Assembly: GCA_946555455.1 (NCBI GenBank)
Contig: CAMNSU010000008.1
Span: 226-64,225, forward strand
Source: an uncultured Clostridia bacterium
Lineage (GTDB): Bacteria > Bacillota > Clostridia > RUG12999
DNA length: 64,000 nt
Reading direction: 5' to 3'
Part shown: in pieces, positions 59,081 to 64,000 of the stretch
Position numbering within the stretch: the stretch's first letter is position 1
How the letters are laid out: every line of letters begins with the position of its first letter
Made by a program: the position numbers and the translations under genes
The notes under the pieces: generated by a model
Seen by the model: the letters and a program-made list of their open reading frames with translations, nothing else
The model's database searches: none
Told to the model about the DNA's origin: nothing

Positions 59081-59138
59081 GACTCGAAATCGTTTTGTCC
59101 GAAAGGGCACGTGGGTTCGAATCCCACCTTCTCCGCCA
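59081..59138 (+). mobile_element. att-like site: 3' fragment of tRNA-Ser(CGA), not an intact tRNA
   Basis: GA-CTCGAAA-TC anticodon loop, long variable arm TGTCC-GAAA-GGGCA, T-arm GTGGG-TTCGAAT-CCCAC, then CTTCTCC-G-CCA. No D-arm or 5' acceptor strand upstream. Confidence 0.85.
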
Positions 59139-59162
59139 GTCATGCGGGTTTGTCCGCAGCAG

Positions 59163-59193
59163 AAGCCGCAAAACAAGCGATGTTTTGTGGCTT
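59163..59193 (+). terminator. Terminator after the tRNA fragment
   Basis: AAGCCGCAAAACA-agcga-TGTTTTGTGGCTT followed by a T-rich tract. Confidence 0.7.
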
Positions 59194-59222
59194 TCATATT
59201 TTTACTAAACGGAAGGTATACT

Positions 59223-59651
59223 GTGGGACTCATTACTTTTCTTGTGATGTGCATTGAGTTTTATGCAGAACATATTCATTCTGATAGCTCTTCAGTATAT
59301 TCTCTTTTTGTTAGAGAGAATATATTCGATTTGCTCGTGAACGATTATGAAGACTTACATGGTATGTCCACTGAATATATTATGCAGTTGCTGGATCAGT
59401 ATATCATTAACCAACCTGACATGTGTAGTTCTGAAAATATAACGGTTCATGCAATGTATAATGCAACGATAACTCCTGAGATTGTAAAATTGATTTCTGA
59501 AAAATATGGTATTACCGAGCAGGAAGCGATGGACGCTTTTTACAAATCAGAAACGGCAAAGGCTCTAAATGACCCCGAAACCGGATTATACGGACAGAGT
59601 GCTTTATTTATATTTTCACAGTATGTTATGGAAAAAGAGCAGCAGAAATGA
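59223..59651 (+). CDS. Tandem DUF3791-like domain protein
   Basis: DYEDLHGMSTEYI and AMDAFYKSET...ETGLYGQS motifs. GTG start with GGAAGG RBS; the ORF-track extension to 58965 runs through the tRNA fragment. Confidence 0.7.
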   Translation: MGLITFLVMCIEFYAEHIHSDSSSVYSLFVRENIFDLLVNDYEDLHGMSTEYIMQLLDQYIINQPDMCSSENITVHAMYNATITPEIVKLISEKYGITEQEAMDAFYKSETAKALNDPETGLYGQSALFIFSQYVMEKEQQK

Positions 59652-59705
59652 TACCAAGTCACGAATTGGATGTGCCCTCATTTCCTATTTAGGCGGTGAC
59701 CACAT

Positions 59706-60437
59706 ATGAGAAAAAGAATATATGAAATCATCTCTGCTTCAAATAGCAGGGACAAGCTTAGTTCTATTTATGATATTTTCATGATGGCAGTTATCGTAAT
59801 CAGCTTAGTGCCTCTGGTATTTAAGCAGTCGTTTGAAGCTTTTGGCATTGCTGATAAAATCTGTGCAGGTATTTTTATTATTGACTACATATTGCGGTGG
59901 GCAACGGCTGATTATAAATTCCAAAAGCACAGTACGACAGCCTTTCTGCGCTATCCTTTTTCGGCAATGGCTATTATAGATTTGATTTCCGTTTTACCGT
60001 CATTAACCGTACTGAATCAAGGTTTTAAACTTCTTCGTTTGCTAAGGTTGTTTCGTGCCTTGCGAGTGTTTCGTGCGTTCAAATTATTTCGCTATTCAAA
60101 AAATGTACGCATTATTATAAATATTTTTAAACGTCAAAAAGGACCTCTCAGCTATGTGCTGATTCTTGCAGTCGGATACATTGTGATATCCGCATTGATT
60201 ATTTTTAATGTAGAGCCGGATTCATTCAACTCTTTTTTCGATGCTATCTATTGGGCGACCGTCTCTTTGACTACCATGGGATACGGAGACATTTATCCCG
60301 TGACCGAAATTGGCAGAATTGTAACTATGGTATCATCGCTTTTTGGAATCGCAATCGTTGCGTTGCCTGCCGGTATCATTACTGCCGGCTACATGGATGA
60401 GCTTAAAAACATAGCAGAAACGAAAGACAAAGAGTAA
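59706..60437 (+). CDS. Voltage-gated-type potassium channel (6TM)
   Basis: S4 RLLRLFRALRVFRAFK and selectivity filter TTMGYGD. Confidence 0.93.
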   Translation: MRKRIYEIISASNSRDKLSSIYDIFMMAVIVISLVPLVFKQSFEAFGIADKICAGIFIIDYILRWATADYKFQKHSTTAFLRYPFSAMAIIDLISVLPSLTVLNQGFKLLRLLRLFRALRVFRAFKLFRYSKNVRIIINIFKRQKGPLSYVLILAVGYIVISALIIFNVEPDSFNSFFDAIYWATVSLTTMGYGDIYPVTEIGRIVTMVSSLFGIAIVALPAGIITAGYMDELKNIAETKDKE

Positions 60438-60532
60438 AATATAGCCCTTTGACAGTTTGTTGAGTTACGCTTTTTCTGTTATATGTATATAATTCACATA
60501 AAGAACTGTAGCTTTTATTTTAGGAGGTAACT

Positions 60533-61039
60533 ATGGGATTTCTTGATTCGTACAAACATCTTGAAAAATTATGCGGTGAAGTTATGAACGATAACAAACG
60601 GTTGTCGGCATATATTGACGCAATGGAGAACACTCGAAACGGCGCATTTCGCGTCGAAGGCTGGGACGAGGATTTTAAAAAATTAAAGCATTATCGTTGG
60701 GTTAGAAACCAAATCACGCATGAACCGGCTTGCAGCGAAGCTAATATGTGCGAACCGGGAGATGAAATATGGCTGGAGCAATTTTATGCACGAATTATGA
60801 ATCAGACTGACCCGCTTGCGTTATATCGTAAAGCAACAAGACCGCAACCTGTTTCAAAAAGGCAAACCTCTATGTCGCATTCCACCTCCGAATCGCAGAA
60901 TACCTATGTGCCTAATACTACACGACGGAAACAGCAACAAAACAAGCCCGAAACACCTACAGCGACAAATGCCGTTGTAGTCTTTGCTATCTTTTTATTC
61001 GTAATTATAGTGCTGTTTTATCTTTTTGTTAATAAATAA
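60533..61039 (+). CDS. HEPN-like protein with C-terminal membrane anchor (DUF6548-like)
   Basis: Helical N-terminus with R-x4-H (RNQITH), a low-complexity linker and a hydrophobic C-terminal helix. RBS AGGAGG. Confidence 0.6.
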   Translation: MGFLDSYKHLEKLCGEVMNDNKRLSAYIDAMENTRNGAFRVEGWDEDFKKLKHYRWVRNQITHEPACSEANMCEPGDEIWLEQFYARIMNQTDPLALYRKATRPQPVSKRQTSMSHSTSESQNTYVPNTTRRKQQQNKPETPTATNAVVVFAIFLFVIIVLFYLFVNK

Positions 61040-61082
61040 GTTTGAGTGCAGGCAAAGGACAAAGCCAAAAGAGGGTGCGAAC

Positions 61083-61733
61083 TCAATTTTCATCTACATA
61101 TTCAAGCAAATCCTCAACGTTGCAGCTCAGCGCCCTGGAAAGTTTGACAAGATATTCTGCCTGCGCCTTATTGATATTTTTCTGCTTTTGCTCATAGTGC
61201 TGTATCGTTCTTAAAGGTATTTCAGAAGCTTCCGCTAATTCCTTCTGGCTCAGGTTCGCTCTTTTTCTGTAAATTTTCAGATTTGTCTCAGGCTTTGCCG
61301 CTCCGTAAAGTTCGTTTATTTTGTCCGCAAAGTGTCTGATATCCATTTCGTGATAAGGCGAATATAACGCCATGATTTCTTGTATCGGAACATATTTTAC
61401 AATTTCAGCAAATGGTAATGACGTTTTCCACTGATAATATGCGAGCGCCCAGCCTGTCCGGTATTCTCCGCTTCGGTTGGCTGAAAAATGAGGTTTGATG
61501 TCTCCGGCGTTTTCTCCGGTTCGCTCCAATACTTCATACGCAAGTTCCACTCCAGATTTGCCCACAAGCGTTCCCGTATCGCCATTCCCGAATTTGTCCG
61601 CCATACCTGATTTTATAAACTTATCAAAGAAATCCGAAATATCATATTTCAAGTCGTACACTGCAAAATCAAGCATTCTTCCGAGAGAAGTGCGCGCTTT
61701 TTCAAGGCAGTTTTTATCATAAGCGCTTATCAT
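61083..61733 (-). CDS. XRE/HTH_3 regulator with DUF3791-like N-terminus
   Basis: C-terminal NLKIYRKRANLSQKELAEASEIPLRTIQHYEQ HTH, and N-terminal YSPYHEMD. Confidence 0.82.
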   Translation of the reverse strand: MISAYDKNCLEKARTSLGRMLDFAVYDLKYDISDFFDKFIKSGMADKFGNGDTGTLVGKSGVELAYEVLERTGENAGDIKPHFSANRSGEYRTGWALAYYQWKTSLPFAEIVKYVPIQEIMALYSPYHEMDIRHFADKINELYGAAKPETNLKIYRKRANLSQKELAEASEIPLRTIQHYEQKQKNINKAQAEYLVKLSRALSCNVEDLLEYVDEN

Positions 61734-62222
61734 CAGACTTCATCTCCTCATCCATAATTTGTGTGATATAAATATCGCCGCGCTGCCTTTTGTTTTTCTC
61801 TACATCAAAGTATTCCCGTCGTGCCGCTTTGTCCCGCATTTCCTTTTTCGCAAACCATATTGGACTTTCGGCAATCTCATACCCTAAAAACCTGATTTTA
61901 TCAAATGCTTTTTCACTCTTTAACACAAACTGCTGCCCTAAGTTTCCGAGGTGCATTGCATTTGTCAGCTGACGATATGAAATTGTGCCGTTAATAAAAT
62001 TCTGCGCAAAGGAGAAGGCGCTGTCATCAGCGCTGTATCCGATGATTACATCATAGTTTTGATAATCAACCTTAAATTTATTTAAGATATACGCTTTTGC
62101 CTCCAAAGCCAACGGGATATCAAACTCCCGATTTTCAAGCAAAATTGCAAGCCAATGTAAGATTGCGTATTTCTTTTCGTTGAAGTTCAAAATATTGATG
62201 GTATCACATCAATTTCATATCT
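61717..62222 (-). pseudogene. DUF3990-like gene remnant (5' truncated, frameshifted)
   Basis: R-Y-E-I-D-(gt)-D-T-I-N-I-L-N-F requires a frameshift at 62206-62207. YDVIIG..ADD and LGNLGQQFVLKSEKAF motifs are retained. No YHGS-type N-terminus upstream. Confidence 0.65.
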
Positions 62223-62412
62223 TGAAATAATCAGCGATTAAACCTATTTGTTCTACGTCAAAATCGGCAGGTTTAACAAAAGTTTCATACGAACTTTGAA
62301 GTCAGCAGTCTGGTACTGCACTTTAATTTTCTGATACCGTTTTGTTTATTTCTTCTATAAGTGCGATTATCAAGAGTATACGCCTCCTTGTTATTAAATG
62401 GCACATAAATTC

Positions 62413-62766
62413 TTACAAAAAGCATTCGTTTTCTTTTAAATATTTCATCAACTGTACCGTTGCTTTACTGCGACCTTGTACGCTTGCAAGTCCGTTTTCT
62501 TTTAATTCTTTCAATGGATACTTATCAGGAGTATATTTCTCTAGCAATTTTAATTTCATATAGCGCACATCCGGATCTTTGGCTAAATCTTTGTAATAAG
62601 GATAGTCTTCCTCCGAACGATTGCCGTACAAATCAGCGGCAATTACTTCACATTTATACATAATAGCTTTATATTTCTCACCAACATAAATATAAACCGT
62701 ATCACCAACAGATGTATTAGTCGATTGACTCCATTCGATTACATCTAAGTTATCAAATGCTGCCAC
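62413..62766 (-). CDS. EVE/PUA-like domain protein (possibly 5' truncated)
   Basis: IEWSQS...VGDTVYIYVG...AIMYKCEV pattern. No clear RBS. Confidence 0.5.
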   Translation of the reverse strand: MAAFDNLDVIEWSQSTNTSVGDTVYIYVGEKYKAIMYKCEVIAADLYGNRSEEDYPYYKDLAKDPDVRYMKLKLLEKYTPDKYPLKELKENGLASVQGRSKATVQLMKYLKENECFL

Positions 62767-62772
62767 AATTAT

Positions 62773-63999
62773 TTATTTCATCAGCAGTTTTTTCTGAGCA
62801 AAAAGAATACTAGTTTTAGTTGTTGTATATGGCTCGAAACTTAGTTGTGGCAATGAGATTACCGCTTTAATCTTAAAATATTTATATAAAAACAGTCGTA
62901 TATATTTATTTTCTGTTGTGTCAAAAACACTTTCTGGAAGTATAGCAGCAACCCTTCCGTTTTCACGCAATAATTGATACCATCTCTCAACGAAAAGATT
63001 TTCAGAATTCTTCTTGCCGCCAAACATAAAATCTTTTTTTACTGTCTTTTTGGTATCATTATCAAGTTCTACGCTAAATGGCGGATTGGTCAAGATAAGA
63101 TCAAATCGTCCATTTACTTCTCGGTTTTCATATAATGAATCCTTATAACTATCATGAAGAACATTATGAGCTGATGCCTTTTCATACTTTGTAAATGGTA
63201 ATAATCCATCTTTAACAAAAATATTAGTAGAACCATCGCCGTGCAAAATCATGTTAACTTTTGTTGCTGTGCCAAGATTAAAATTAATCTCTGCACCATA
63301 AATAAATGTATAAGCCCATCGATTTTCTCTATTGTCAATGCCAAACCATTCCGCAACTTTATCCTTTACAGCTCTTGAACTACCCAAATCAGCATTGTAT
63401 CCATATTTGCTTCTATTCCGATACTTCATATTTTCTGTAATAAATTTCATATACTCAACAAGGAATGTCCCACTACCAGCAGAAGGATCGATCATATAAG
63501 GAATTTCACGTTCTGCTTTAATTCGTTTAATTGCAAGTCTATCTGCTTGTAAAGCATATAGCATAAATCGTACAATATTAGTATGTGTAAAAAATTGTCC
63601 CTTTGTTTGCTTAAAACCATTTCGAATTATTCCTTCAAAAAAATCACCAAGTATATCTTTTCCGCTTAAACTATTTTTTCCATCAACAAATGGCAAATTT
63701 TCCATCTTCTGCACAGCATATTTTAATTTTGATAATGAAAACTTTTTGCTATCAATTACATAAGACTTTTCAATTTCTTTTTCATCTAAGATATATAATT
63801 TATCCCTTAACGCACGGCGATAAAGTTCGTTAATTCTTTCAAACAACTGTTCATTAGTTTCAAATTCTTCATCACCAGCCTTAACATAAGCTAATGATTG
63901 AAAATCATATGTATCACCATCATCCTTTTCGTCTTCATCTTGTATTTTGGCAAGTATCAAATTTGTTAAGGACGCAAAGATTTCATTATCATCTGTGCC
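62773..63999 (-). CDS. hsdM: N6-adenine DNA methyltransferase, HsdM-like (5' partial at the window edge)
   Basis: GQFFT, motif I DPSAGSGTFL and motif IV NPPF. The frame stays open to the window end. AT-rich. Confidence 0.88.
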   Translation of the reverse strand, partial: GTDDNEIFASLTNLILAKIQDEDEKDDGDTYDFQSLAYVKAGDEEFETNEQLFERINELYRRALRDKLYILDEKEIEKSYVIDSKKFSLSKLKYAVQKMENLPFVDGKNSLSGKDILGDFFEGIIRNGFKQTKGQFFTHTNIVRFMLYALQADRLAIKRIKAEREIPYMIDPSAGSGTFLVEYMKFITENMKYRNRSKYGYNADLGSSRAVKDKVAEWFGIDNRENRWAYTFIYGAEINFNLGTATKVNMILHGDGSTNIFVKDGLLPFTKYEKASAHNVLHDSYKDSLYENREVNGRFDLILTNPPFSVELDNDTKKTVKKDFMFGGKKNSENLFVERWYQLLRENGRVAAILPESVFDTTENKYIRLFLYKYFKIKAVISLPQLSFEPYTTTKTSILFAQKKLLMK

Positions 64000-64000
64000 T

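Noticed and set aside
59050-59138. Intact tRNA gene
   Set aside because: The D-arm and 5' acceptor strand (expected GGAGAAG) are absent; similarity starts at the anticodon stem.
58965-59222. N-terminal extension of ORF 58965..59651
   Set aside because: It runs through the tRNA fragment and terminator. A good RBS and GTG lie at 59223.

Overview
Clostridia-like (Bacillota) DNA; this assignment is inferred from gene families, RBS style and sigma-A promoters. Positions 1-57.2 kb hold two parallel Gram-positive glycan-utilisation loci, both transcribed on the minus strand and each meeting an AAA/DUF4143 ATPase gene tail to tail. Locus 1 (1276-28691) encodes two solute-binding proteins, GH1, ABC permeases, a 1577-aa non-catalytic surface protein, a divergent GH10, an SLH protein plus ~860-aa partner, GH36, CE7, GH20, a secreted metallophosphoesterase and a divergent YesM/YesN-like two-component system. 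Locus 2 (31264-56541) encodes an ABC transporter, a second SLH protein plus ~850-aa partner, a four-module CBM-like protein, two large GH42-like enzymes, a membrane AraC regulator, GH36, GH35 and an FAD oxidoreductase. Several secreted proteins share an unnamed ~100-aa C-terminal 'W-D-S...P-L' domain. Each locus ends at a copy of the same ~50-bp double-hairpin repeat (28744-28794 and 57195-57244). Next come mobile-element remnants (HTH_36 rep-like gene with iteron-like repeats, tnpV, xis-like gene) and the 3' 58 nt of a tRNA-Ser(CGA) (59081-59138), which looks like an att site. The last 5 kb is AT-rich, partly decayed accessory/defence DNA (DUF3791, K+ channel, HEPN-like, DUF3990 remnant, EVE-like, N6-methyltransferase). 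No integrase, CRISPR array, rRNA or intact tRNA was seen. Family names come from motif recognition, not from database searches.
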